In this document: piece after piece, positions 1 through 9,119 of the stretch
Layout: every line of letters starts with the position of its first letter
How positions within the stretch are numbered: the stretch's first letter is position 1
From: a virus
Lineage: Duplodnaviria > Heunggongvirae > Uroviricota > Caudoviricetes
Strand: one strand, 5' to 3'
Virus record (IMG/VR): IMGVR_UViG_2778261163_000001
Length of the DNA: 18,618 bases
The notes under the pieces: model-generated
The model's input: the letters and a program-made list of their open reading frames with translations, nothing else
Told to the model about the DNA's origin: nothing
Databases searched by the model: none
Position numbers and translations under genes: made by a program

Positions 1-574
1 CATCCGCGACAGCCGGACCGCTATAACCGCACTCGTCACCGCGATAGGTCCAGGTGCAGGTGTTGGCCAGCATGATACGTCCCGGAAAAACAGCGCCGTC
101 CGTTTCCGTCGGCGTGGACAGTACAAAAGAGGCACTCACCGCGCTCAGTTCGCTGCACTGCTCGATGCGCCAGCGGCTGATCACCTCCTGCTCCGGATCG
201 GCGTCACTGTTTCCGTTGACGAAGTTCACCGCATCCAGAAAACGGGCGTAAACCTTACGCCGGACCACCGTTCCGCCGACCAGACTCTGCAGATCTTCCG
301 CCATCCCGGTGACCATACCGTACAGGTTAGAAACCGTCAGCGTGGGGCGCGTACTGGTGCCTTTGCCATTCAGTTCAAAACCACTCCCCTGAATGGGATA
401 CGGCTGATACTGTCGCCCCTGCCAGGTGACCGGCTCACCTTTTTCGTTCTGCTCATTACAGAAAAAATAACGTTCTCCACCGACCTCTGTCAGGTCGATT
501 TCCCAGAGCACCACGCTGGCCGACTGCTCCGCACGAATGCATTCATTCAGCGTTTCCTGTTGTATGTCCTGCAT
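1..574 (-). CDS. L: minor tail protein L, 5' portion only (gene runs off the window start)
   Basis: Minus-strand ORF starting ATG at 574..572, overlapping the stop of the M-like gene (ATGA). My own translation reads [72 protein letters not shown]..., which I recognise from memory as near-identical to phage lambda gpL. No stop inside the window, so it is absent from the ORF track. Confidence 0.85.
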   Translation of the reverse strand, partial: MQDIQQETLNECIRAEQSASVVLWEIDLTEVGGERYFFCNEQNEKGEPVTWQGRQYQPYPIQGSGFELNGKGTSTRPTLTVSNLYGMVTGMAEDLQSLVGGTVVRRKVYARFLDAVNFVNGNSDADPEQEVISRWRIEQCSELSAVSASFVLSTPTETDGAVFPGRIMLANTCTWTYRGDECGYSGPAVAD

Positions 575-912
575 CAGATCACCACTTCGTCAAACTGACA
601 CGAAAAATCGGTATAGGTGATATGTTCTGTCGCTGACCACGTTCGACACACCACTCTGATTTTTCTGTTAATACCCGGCGGGCGCCAAAAAAAAGATTTA
701 TAGCCTTCATGCCGGGCTAAAAATTCTTCAAATGAATCACGTTCATTCGCCTCAACTTTGAAATCACAGGTGAAAACGCGCAGAGAATGATTAAGTCCAT
801 TTGGACTTCGTTGCTCATAACCATCACCAAATCTTACAGTTTTTATCGATGGTTTATTTTCTGTTTTCATTCCATCCTCTGGTAACCAGTGAAATTCTTC
901 CGTATTAGCCAC
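574..912 (-). CDS. M: minor tail protein, lambda gpM-like
   Basis: 112-aa ORF with GTG start at 912 preceded by GGGGGA; overlaps the tape measure stop. Contains VRFGDGY and ends ...QFDEVVI, resembling lambda gpM (ends ...EQVVN) at similar length. Position between tape measure and L matches lambda order H-M-L. Confidence 0.75.
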
Positions 913-3900
913 TTAACATTCCCCCATCACGTCGCATATTTAACAGATTGCCCTGCACCCGCTGATCAACCATCCCCATAAGTGCTTTTATTGCCTGAGG
1001 GCCAATCTCTCCATTCTGGCCGTCATTTTGAATAGTGATTTGGTATACAGGGGCATAGGTAATATCTCCGCCTCCATTACCACTTTTACTATTAATAGCT
1101 CTGACACCAAGAGAACCATCGGAAGTTCGTGTTAATGGCATAATGGCTTCCGGTCCAGCCTCACCAAAAACACCAGCCCCTTTTGCAAAAGCAAAAAATT
1201 GCGGGGAATCATAAATACCGTTCGAATACGTGCTCAATGACGGAGACTCATAAACACCGCCCTTTGCATTCGGAATAAATTTACTAATAGCACTCCCGAT
1301 AGTTCCTAAAATCCCCCCAGAAGAACTGTTACTAATGCTGTCGAAAATCCCAGTAATTGAAGCCTTTAATGCTATTCGACTAAGATCCGAAATCACGGAA
1401 GTAGCGAAAGAACGAAAATTTGCCTTGCCTGTCGTGACAAAATCACCCAGCGCATCGGTCATTCCATCAAACATCTGAGTCGTGGTTGATTTTATCTGCT
1501 CACTGATATCCTTAGTGTCATCCAGCCAGTTATTGAATCCCTGGGAGGCACCACTAACCCAGTCTCCTGCCTGAATATCGAGCTGCTCGTTTTTCTGTCT
1601 GACAATTTCTTTTTCCCGTTCCAGAGCATCATTCAGAGCCTGCATTTTCTCTTGAAAAACATGATCTGACATTCCACGGGATTTATCTGCATAGTCACGT
1701 TCAAGTTGCAGACGCTGATTGTTATATCCATGTTCAATCCGCAGTAATTCCTGCTGGCGTTGCTGATTTTTATCGCCAACCCCATAACCAGCAATCTGAA
1801 TATCATACCCCTGCTGACGATTATCAATCGAAGCCTGCAATGAATCACGCCATGCTGTTATTTCGGCGGATTCCTTGATTAGCCTGTTATTTTTTTCAAT
1901 CGCAACATTTTTCTCCATCAACGTGGTTATTTCTTCCCGGTGTAAGAGAAGCGATTTCTGATCCTGGGTTAATTTCGATGATGGTCGTGACTCTAGGTCG
2001 GCAATCCGCTGACGCCACTTAACCAGTTCCTGTTCAGAGGAACTTAATTTAACGGTCAACTCAGCTTGTGAACTTAGTAACGCATTCTGTTGATTCAGAT
2101 GATCAATCATTCGTTGGGCTGCATCATCAGAATAACCTTTCGCCTTTGGTTGCTTTGGATCTTTATAACGCTCATTTATTTGAGCGATAAGATTATTATA
2201 TTCTTCCTTTGAATACTGATTCTTTAGCTTTTCCAGTTTTGCAAGTTCACTAGCTCTCTGCTGCTCCCGGGTCTGATATTGTTTTGAAAAGGCATCTGCT
2301 CTCTGTCTGAGTTCAATTCCTTCCTGTTGTCGCTTGTTGTAATCGTTTATTGATGAATTTAGTACGTCCTGAGCAATTTTTTCTGCTTGAAGTACGCCCA
2401 ATTGCTGCTTTAATCGTGCCAGCCTTTTATTTTGAGCTCCGCCATCTCCAATGCCACCTAACCCGAAAACTCCGGGTCGGGTATTTTTTTCTATTTCATC
2501 AATTTGACGGAGAACATCTGAGATTTTTTGATCAAGGGAGGCCTCACGGCCAATATCCAGCATGGAATCCCATGCCCATTTTGCGGAGTCTGCGACAGCT
2601 TTCCATGCAGTCTCAAGATAACCAAGATTTTCTTTAATCTGGTTGGTGCGCTGGATCATTGAGGATGAGTATTCTTCTGTCGCAATGCGGGCGGCCTCCT
2701 GCTGGTTCCCTTCATCCTGTAGCGCCTTAATCTGGTTATAAGTCGCAAGTGTCAGAAAATGGTACTGATCATTAAGTTTTGATATGGCACTGACAGGATC
2801 CTTTGCAATTTCATTGAAGTCATTAACCAGTTGTTCGGTTGATATTCCTGTTACTTCGCTCGTTTTTACTATCGCTGTCGTCACTTGCTCCAGCGAACTG
2901 CTCGCTACCTTTCCCGAACGCACAAGCTGATTTAATACTGCCGCCGCAGCACCAGTTGTCGAATCAGCCGCATTCCCGGCACGTTGAGCTATATCGCCCA
3001 ATTGCCCGCTGGTTGTCCCCAACTGATTTCCGGTAAGAATAAGAGATTTATTAAATTCGTCCTGCTCCTGAGAGCCTTTATAGTAAGCCAGTCCTAAGAC
3101 CCCAACGGCTGCTGCGGCCAGGGTAAAAGGATTAATTAATCCCAGCACATAAGAACCTACACCTTTGATCGCCGGGCCAATCCCACCGAACATATCTTTT
3201 AGCTGGCCGCCCTGCTGCATTAACACCATAAATGGCGACTGACCAGTGGACAACCCAACAACAATATCCGTCATTTGTGCAGGCAACATGCGCATAGCAA
3301 AAGCCGTTTGTTTTGCCGACATTCCGGTTTTGCTTAATTGTGATTGAGTAACCTCAAGCTCACTCCGCATAGCACGAAGTTTTCCAGAAAGCTCCTCATA
3401 CATTTCAGGAGAAAGCATCCCCTTAGCTTTTGCTTCATTGAGCTGTTTCTGTTGTTCTACCAGACGATTAAAAGCAGTTCCGACAGGATCAAGTTGAGCA
3501 ATCAGACGTTGCAAAGCAACAACCTGTTCATCATGCGCTTTTGCTGCTTCTCGCTCTGCCTGAGCCTCTCCGGTAAGCTCTCGCCGTGTTTCCTGTATTT
3601 TTCGGCTATAATTCTCAAACTGAGAACCATTTATTTTCCCGGATGCAAACGCAGCATTAAGTTCATCATGCTGTTGTTCAAGATTTCTTAGCGCCGCAGC
3701 CAGAGGGTCGATCTTGTCCAGCATTCTTTGAAAGGCCTGAGCCTGCGCTTCCTGCTGGGCGGCAGCAAGTTTTCCGGCCTTCTCGGCTTCTCTCTGCGCT
3801 TGCGCAACCCCGCTCAATTCCTCTGTGGTTTCATTAAGTTTACGGACAAGAAATTCATATTCTTCTTTATCAATAAGCCCTTTATCGAAAAATTTCTTTA

Positions 3901-4138
3901 ATTCAGAATAGCGTCGACCGACAGTATCAATTGCGGCACCAACTGGATCAATAGCTGCTTTTAATTTTGCGAGCGCGTTCTTCTCATCTTCTGTTGCCTT
4001 AGTCACTTTCCCTGCGCTATTTGCAGCAGTTTCCCCAGCCTGCGTCATTTTGACTAATGAGGAGGTCAGATTGTCAGCATTATTTTTCGCTCCAGTGCTA
4101 TCAATAATTATTGCGAGACGCGAGGTTTGCTCTGCCAT
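905..4138 (-). CDS. tail tape measure protein
   Basis: 1077-aa ORF, ATG at 4138 with AGGAG upstream. Highly alpha-helical, Ala/Gln/Glu-rich N-terminal half with three degenerate ~60-70 aa repeats ([15 protein letters not shown]... / [15 protein letters not shown]... / [15 protein letters not shown]...); Gly-rich C-terminus. Sits immediately downstream of the frameshifted chaperone pair, as in siphovirus tail modules. Confidence 0.9.
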
Positions 4139-4151
4139 TTATTAAAACTCC

Positions 4152-4182
4152 TGACAACAAAAAACCCACCGCGAAGTGGGTT
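4152..4182 (-). terminator. putative intrinsic terminator in the chaperone/tape-measure intergenic gap
   Basis: On the minus strand: AACCCAC-TTCGCG-GTGGGTT hairpin followed by TTTTTTGTTGT. The plus-strand reading has no U-tract, so it is oriented for minus-strand transcription. Confidence 0.45.
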
Positions 4183-4303
4183 TCAGGCGACATAATAGTA
4201 GATATAGCGATTACGAGGCCACGCAATGCTTTTCTCCAGGAGCATCATCGATTTAATTAAAGACACCATCACATCTCTGTAACAGAGTGTACGTAATTAA
4301 CAA

Positions 4304-5073
4304 CTACACACACTGCTCCTGAAAATACTGGTCATCCAGTGCAAAGATCACTGCTTCAAATTCATCGCGCTCAATCAATACCGGATGAGTGGCTAAATAT
4401 TCATTTATCTCTGTCAGAGATAAAGGCAAAGGCACCCCAGCCATTCCAGCATAACGTCGGGCACGGGATATTACCGAATAGGCGTACAACAACTCCTTAA
4501 GCACCGGGTCTATTTCTGGTTCCGGTATCGGTGGCAACCTGAGTTTTTCTCGCTTCCATCTTGCCTTTTCCCCCCTTTCTCCCCCGAACTCCGATAACCA
4601 CCGCTGGGCAGCTATGGCTTTTTTATCGTATCCTGCTTCTGCTGCTCTTTACCCTGGGCGATGCTGGCTGCTTCTGCAAGGATCTGCCAGTACAACTCTG
4701 GATTCTGCTTAAGCAGCGCGATCCCTCGTTCTGCCGTATATTCCAGTGCAACCTCAACACCATTAACCAGTTCACCAACCCCTTTCCAGTCTTTCAGCAG
4801 ATAACGAGCGGCATTATCAATGAGTAAATCATCAACAGAATCCACCTCGGAAACCTTTGAAATATCAAACTCCTTCGTTCCGACGTGCAAACTGGCATCC
4901 ATTTTCTCAATGTGGCGACGGATTAATGCATTACGGGAGCGATACTGATCGTTATCGCTGCTTGCCACCAACAGTTTTAACCCGTCTACAGGTTTTAAGT
5001 CCTTCATTGGCGTAAACCAGCGTTCTCCACCAATGATAATTTTCTGATTAAGAATAAACATCCATAACCTCAT
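4304..5073 (-). CDS. tail assembly chaperone frameshift product (gpGT-like), made by a -1 shift at 4618..4624
   Basis: After a -1 slip at A AAA AAG the reading frame stays open with no stop (..AIAAQRWLSEFGGERGEKARWKREKLRL..) and runs in frame into the track ORF 4304..4537 (PPIPEPEIDPVLKELL...). I checked this codon by codon. The 4304..4537 ORF has only a TTG 'start', consistent with expression solely as a fusion. Predicted product about 256 aa. Confidence 0.7.
4612..5073 (-). CDS. tail assembly chaperone (lambda gpG-like, short form)
   Basis: 153-aa ORF directly upstream of the tape measure gene, ending ...DTIKKP-TAG with the slippery heptamer A_AAA_AAG two codons before the stop. Confidence 0.75.
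   Translation of the reverse strand: MRLWMFILNQKIIIGGERWFTPMKDLKPVDGLKLLVASSDNDQYRSRNALIRRHIEKMDASLHVGTKEFDISKVSEVDSVDDLLIDNAARYLLKDWKGVGELVNGVEVALEYTAERGIALLKQNPELYWQILAEAASIAQGKEQQKQDTIKKP
4618..4624 (-). other. programmed -1 ribosomal frameshift slippery heptamer A_AAA_AAG
   Basis: Plus-strand CTTTTTT at 4618..4624 is AAAAAAG on the minus strand, in the 0-frame register A AAA AAG, followed by a G-rich stretch (GGGGGAGAAAGGGGGG). Confidence 0.7.
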
Positions 5074-5121
5074 TCAATGCGTCCCCCTGTAGGGCAGTAC
5101 CACAGGAGGAATAACGGAAAA

Positions 5122-6084
5122 TCAACTAATCGCCTCAGCACTGGCTTTTGCGATCACGGCAGCCGGGGAATTTTTTTTTCTGGTTATCGTAGGTGCTTCA
5201 TCTGCTGCGGTAATGCTCAATTGAACCTGGATAATGTCGCTATTACCCCCATCAGGCCATTCACCTGACACCTGAACCTTCGGGAAACTGAAAGTGTATG
5301 CCCCCTCTCCATTCGAAAGCGTGAAGCTGAACGGAACTGTTTCTCCAGTCAGTGTTTTACTCCAGATTTCCCACGCGGCTTTAGACCATGAAAGCGTCAC
5401 CGTACCGGACGGTGTAAAAGTAGTCGGAATATTTGCTCCTGCATAAGGCGAGCCAGTCCCGATACAACGCTGTGTCTGGAGTTTGTTATCGAACTGAATA
5501 TCAAAACTGTCGATACAAAAACCGTTACCTCCGGCAACACCATTCAGGCTTACTGCTGAAACCTCCTTAAACGAATAACGTAGCTTTCCTGCACTATCCA
5601 CAGGTTCGCCTTTGATAAAATTCGTATCATCGGCCTTTGATTCCCAGTCCAGTCCGGCAAAGGTTACGGTCGCTGTAATATCGCCGTCGTTAGGGATCTG
5701 CATTTTCCATGAGCCAACCTGCGCTCCTCTGACGACAGAGGCAATTCCGACATCGGACGCATAGGTCGCCAGAGAAAATGTTATTCGCTCATTCCCCATT
5801 GTCAGAGAATCGCCTGACCATTCCGCGCCGAAACAGGATGCAAGAAAATCATCATGTTGACCCCAGCGAAATTTGGTACCAACATCACCGCCGACATCCA
5901 CAGTGCCAGGCGTCGCCCCCTGAGCCATCCGGGAGCCACCAATCTCATTATTTTCGCCTTTATTCTGGGTGGGTTTTACTCCCCAGCTTGTGCGTTTTAA
6001 TAAACTCCAGTCACCACTTGCTGGCGTAGTGCCTGCAACCGTCTCCCGGATAAATGCCGAGATAACCTTTGCACCTGAACTCAC
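5122..6084 (-). CDS. major tail (tube) protein
   Basis: 320-aa ORF with GTG start at 6084 preceded by AGGAGG at 5-nt spacing. Gly/Thr/Ser-rich, beta-rich-looking sequence. Assigned by position between the head-tail joining genes and the chaperone/tape-measure genes; no specific family recognised. Confidence 0.65.
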   Translation of the reverse strand: MSSGAKVISAFIRETVAGTTPASGDWSLLKRTSWGVKPTQNKGENNEIGGSRMAQGATPGTVDVGGDVGTKFRWGQHDDFLASCFGAEWSGDSLTMGNERITFSLATYASDVGIASVVRGAQVGSWKMQIPNDGDITATVTFAGLDWESKADDTNFIKGEPVDSAGKLRYSFKEVSAVSLNGVAGGNGFCIDSFDIQFDNKLQTQRCIGTGSPYAGANIPTTFTPSGTVTLSWSKAAWEIWSKTLTGETVPFSFTLSNGEGAYTFSFPKVQVSGEWPDGGNSDIIQVQLSITAADEAPTITRKKNSPAAVIAKASAEAIS

Positions 6085-6110
6085 AGGAGCCTCCTATGTC
6101 ATTAATTGCG

Positions 6111-6503
6111 CTAGAGCGCGCGATATGGAATTTGAAGATTAAGCTGGAACCAGCCATTCTTTTCGCCAACGGCTATTGAGGAAACAGCCTGGTAACTGAG
6201 ACGATCGTCATCCTGAAACTCAAACAGTTCCCGCAATTTATCGGCTGTCTCAGTAATGAGTTTTGAACCAGAACCTGCGGGGACAAATAACTGAATAATG
6301 ATTATCCCCGTGCGATAAACAACCGGCCCCGCGCCAATTTCATTAACTCCAGCCTGCCCGGGAATATTACTTAACCGCGCCCAGATTAACTTACCGGAAG
6401 GATCGAACGTTGGCCCGTTCGGATACAATACATCTTTTCCATCAATAATCGTCTGTGCCGTCATTCTGGAAATAACCGTATTTCTGATTTCAGTAAACTT
6501 CAT
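6111..6503 (-). CDS. tail terminator / tail completion protein (by position, lambda gpU-like)
   Basis: 130-aa ORF immediately upstream of the major tail gene; its start overlaps the preceding gene (ATGA). Confidence 0.5.
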   Translation of the reverse strand: MKFTEIRNTVISRMTAQTIIDGKDVLYPNGPTFDPSGKLIWARLSNIPGQAGVNEIGAGPVVYRTGIIIIQLFVPAGSGSKLITETADKLRELFEFQDDDRLSYQAVSSIAVGEKNGWFQLNLQIPYRAL

Positions 6504-6880
6504 TTGTAAGCCTGTAAAACACCATGAAAAGCGTTGGCATACACTCCAGTTGGCGCTTGTTGTGAATGACCGTTTTCAAGAGCCTCTGCATAAGGAAGGT
6601 TATTCTGGATATAAATAACCCCGTAATTTGCAGCTTTCGAAATAACCCCGATCCCACGCTGAACAGCAATCGTACCGTTCGGATCCACGTTATCAGATAT
6701 ACCAAAATCGGGATGCTGTAACGACACCAGGTTGTTATTTCTGAAACGTCCGGTATCAACCGGAGCAGCAATATCAATAGCAGTAAGAATCTGCATAGCG
6801 ATGTAGCGAATCTTCAGCCCTACATCTTCCTCAATCATCCCGGCAAATATTGACGGTTCTATATCCCATGCCTTTGCCAT
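6500..6880 (-). CDS. tail component / head-tail joining protein (HK97 gp10-like by position)
   Basis: 126-aa ORF, tightly packed in the run of four small genes between capsid and major tail. Confidence 0.5.
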   Translation of the reverse strand: MAKAWDIEPSIFAGMIEEDVGLKIRYIAMQILTAIDIAAPVDTGRFRNNNLVSLQHPDFGISDNVDPNGTIAVQRGIGVISKAANYGVIYIQNNLPYAEALENGHSQQAPTGVYANAFHGVLQAYK

Positions 6881-7264
6881 TTACGCTCTCCTTAACTGGA
6901 TAGAGTAAACTGATGCGGAAGGATCTACACTTGCTGTAATTACCTCGTATCGTTGTAACTGCCTTGATACAGGATCATAAATCTCAATAATATGGTCGAC
7001 AGCTGGTTTATCCGTAACCTCGCATACCAGAGCGGTTAATTTAAGGTCACCATGCAAAATATTAATCCCATCAATTCTGCCCAGCTTATAACGTGTCAAC
7101 ACGCCTCGCCCGGTATAGATTGCGGTGGATTCGCCGCCAGTTTCCGTCACAGGATCCCAGTGCCGGTGCGTAACGTAAGAACCAGAAAAATCACTCACGG
7201 CGTCCGCTAAATCCTCATCAAAAGCAGCGGCAACCTCTGACTGAATCTCTTCACGAAGCCCCAT
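6881..7264 (-). CDS. head-tail joining protein (head closure / stopper by position)
   Basis: 127-aa ORF; abuts the upstream gene with a 1-nt overlap and is contiguous with the next. Confidence 0.5.
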   Translation of the reverse strand: MGLREEIQSEVAAAFDEDLADAVSDFSGSYVTHRHWDPVTETGGESTAIYTGRGVLTRYKLGRIDGINILHGDLKLTALVCEVTDKPAVDHIIEIYDPVSRQLQRYEVITASVDPSASVYSIQLRRA

Positions 7265-7659
7265 TATCCCCCCCTCACAACCCTGACTTGTGAGCGACTA
7301 AGTCCGTACGGTTTCAGCAGTGCTATCGCAAGCTGTAAATCGGGTTCAAGCAATGCAGTGCTGTTTGCTGGCAACTCAGAAAATGATTTCGATACACTGA
7401 CCCCGTCAGCCGACACGGCTTTACTGATAACAACGCCAGAATCATTTTTCTGCTGAAACAACTTACCGAATGAGGCAATTCTGGCTGCATATGCTCCCGC
7501 AAGTTTTACCTCTTCCGGAATACGGGATGGGTTAATTTTCAGGTTGAAGCCATTAAGCCAGGCATTAGCCATTAAAACAGCTTTATTTTTAGCGTTCTCA
7601 CTCGTCCAGGCGTTCCCAAACGCATTATCAACGTCATCACAGGTCACGTAAGTGATCAT
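7264..7659 (-). CDS. head-tail connector / adaptor protein (by position)
   Basis: 131-aa ORF, ATG at 7659 preceded by AGGAG at 6-nt spacing; first of the four small head-tail genes after the capsid gene. Confidence 0.5.
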   Translation of the reverse strand: MITYVTCDDVDNAFGNAWTSENAKNKAVLMANAWLNGFNLKINPSRIPEEVKLAGAYAARIASFGKLFQQKNDSGVVISKAVSADGVSVSKSFSELPANSTALLEPDLQLAIALLKPYGLSRSQVRVVRGG

Positions 7660-7662
7660 GTG

Positions 7663-7839
7663 TTACTCCTGAGTTTTCCAGCCCATAGCCTTCCAGTTGT
7701 CAACTTCATCAGGATGAACATTAGCGATAGTTGGTGCGCCGGGAAACATCTGATAATCGGTCACCATAACCACTAACTCAATTTGCGTTTTTTGTGCGGC
7801 TTCACGCTGTGCTCTTTGCTCTTTAGTTAATCCGGCCAT
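7663..7839 (-). CDS. small hypothetical protein (58 aa), not in the ORF track
   Basis: Found by my own translation: ATG at 7839..7837 to TAA at 7665..7663, giving MAGLTKEQRAQREAAQKTQIELVVMVTDYQMFPGAPTIANVHPDEVDNWKAMGWKTQE. Preceded by a G-rich stretch; its 3' end carries the AGGAG Shine-Dalgarno of the next gene and stops 3 nt before that gene's ATG. Confidence 0.4.
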   Translation of the reverse strand: MAGLTKEQRAQREAAQKTQIELVVMVTDYQMFPGAPTIANVHPDEVDNWKAMGWKTQE

Positions 7840-7848
7840 ATGCCCCCC

Positions 7849-7871
7849 ATTAAAAATGGGGCCGAAGCCCC
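7849..7871 (-). terminator. putative intrinsic terminator just downstream of the major capsid gene
   Basis: Minus strand, 20 nt after the capsid TAA: GGGGC-UUCG-GCCCC hairpin (5-bp GC stem, UUCG tetraloop) followed by AUUUUUAAU. Confidence 0.5.
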
Positions 7872-7881
7872 GTTTGAATGT

Positions 7882-9021
7882 TTAACCAAGAATCAGACAA
7901 CCATGTGCCGGCTTCACTGATGAAACACCCCATGCCAGTCCAACTTCATAGCGCACCTGGCGATACTGACGATACAGTGCAATCTGGAACGTAATCCCTG
8001 AAATCGGGTCCGTAACATTCATTACATCATCAGCATTATCGCCACCTTCCGGCATTGCCGGAGTACGGGATGCCAGCAGAAACGCGTTGCGATCAAACGC
8101 CATATTTGCAGTAAAGGCCCCAACAACTGTGATGGCAGTATCATCGGCCAGATCCTGACGCAGTCCGGGCGCTGCAAGAGTAATCAGATTGCTGGTCGCT
8201 GCTGCCACAACATACTGATTCGGATCACCAGCGAACGTAACAATCTGACCTGCAGAAATACTCCCCGAACCAGTATCAATGGAAATAAGAACATCGCCTT
8301 CTTTTTTCTCTCCATTCACGAGATAACCAGTTGCAGCAACCTTTGGCGCTCGTTTCACACCTGCCGAACTGTGAATATTGAATCCCTCCAGACGCCCCAA
8401 CACGCCCTCACGCAGTAGCTGTTCAGTGCCGGATTCATTCACTTTAAACAATACAGACTGTTTTCCGCGCAAATTAGCAATGGCAGTGGAGCCAAGCACC
8501 ATCTGCAGATCGGTTGTCGGTGCGCCGTTATCCTCCAGAACCTGACGAGCCAGAGCAGCATCAGAAAGATCATCTTTAACACCAAACGGCGTTGTCCCTG
8601 CGGTTCCCACGGCGCGGGAAGCACCGAAATACAACGCACCAAGATCAGCCTCAACCTCGTTTGCAAGGGCGCGAAAAGCCTGCTTGAACTGATCAGCCAG
8701 AATGGTGTTGTAAGTCCCTGAAGGGCCAAGAGCCAGTTGTTCTTCACCATTCCATTTAACCGGTGCCATTTTGGATTTAGTAATTTTTACATCAACAGTG
8801 CCAATATTTTGATCACCGGTATTCGGAGCTGACGGCCCCGGTACGATATCTTCGGTTTTCGCCTCAGGCGCAACTGGCGCGGTTACCGTCTGATCTTTTG
8901 CTGCGGCGTCAGCTTTTGCGTTTTTTGCTACCGCAGGGATAAAACCTACCTGCTCACGGGATACAACATCCAGGGCGGTATAAATAGTCGGGATCAACCC
9001 GGTCAGGGTATTTCCAGCCAT
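7882..9021 (-). CDS. major capsid protein
   Basis: ORF downstream of the scaffold gene and upstream of the head-tail genes. The track start (9114) is a TTG extension; the likely start is ATG at 9021 (MAGNTLTGLIPTIYTALDV..., 379 aa). Followed by a terminator-like hairpin, as is common after capsid genes. Confidence 0.7.
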   Translation of the reverse strand: MAGNTLTGLIPTIYTALDVVSREQVGFIPAVAKNAKADAAAKDQTVTAPVAPEAKTEDIVPGPSAPNTGDQNIGTVDVKITKSKMAPVKWNGEEQLALGPSGTYNTILADQFKQAFRALANEVEADLGALYFGASRAVGTAGTTPFGVKDDLSDAALARQVLEDNGAPTTDLQMVLGSTAIANLRGKQSVLFKVNESGTEQLLREGVLGRLEGFNIHSSAGVKRAPKVAATGYLVNGEKKEGDVLISIDTGSGSISAGQIVTFAGDPNQYVVAAATSNLITLAAPGLRQDLADDTAITVVGAFTANMAFDRNAFLLASRTPAMPEGGDNADDVMNVTDPISGITFQIALYRQYRQVRYEVGLAWGVSSVKPAHGCLILG

Positions 9022-9119
9022 AATTAAATATTCCTTAAAAATTTGCGTAATTGTGAATAGATGGAGTAATGAGCTATCCAGCCCTGACACCAGCTCCCAT
9101 CCGGAAGCTGACAAATGTG

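Noticed and set aside
54-251. Plus-strand 65-aa ORF
   Set aside because: Lies entirely antisense within the lambda-like L coding sequence, which has a far stronger identity; shadow ORF.
2350-3691. Plus-strand ORFs (2350..2637, 2839..3036, 3344..3691) inside the tape measure gene
   Set aside because: Antisense to a long, well-supported minus-strand gene; no start or SD context; low-complexity translations typical of shadow frames.
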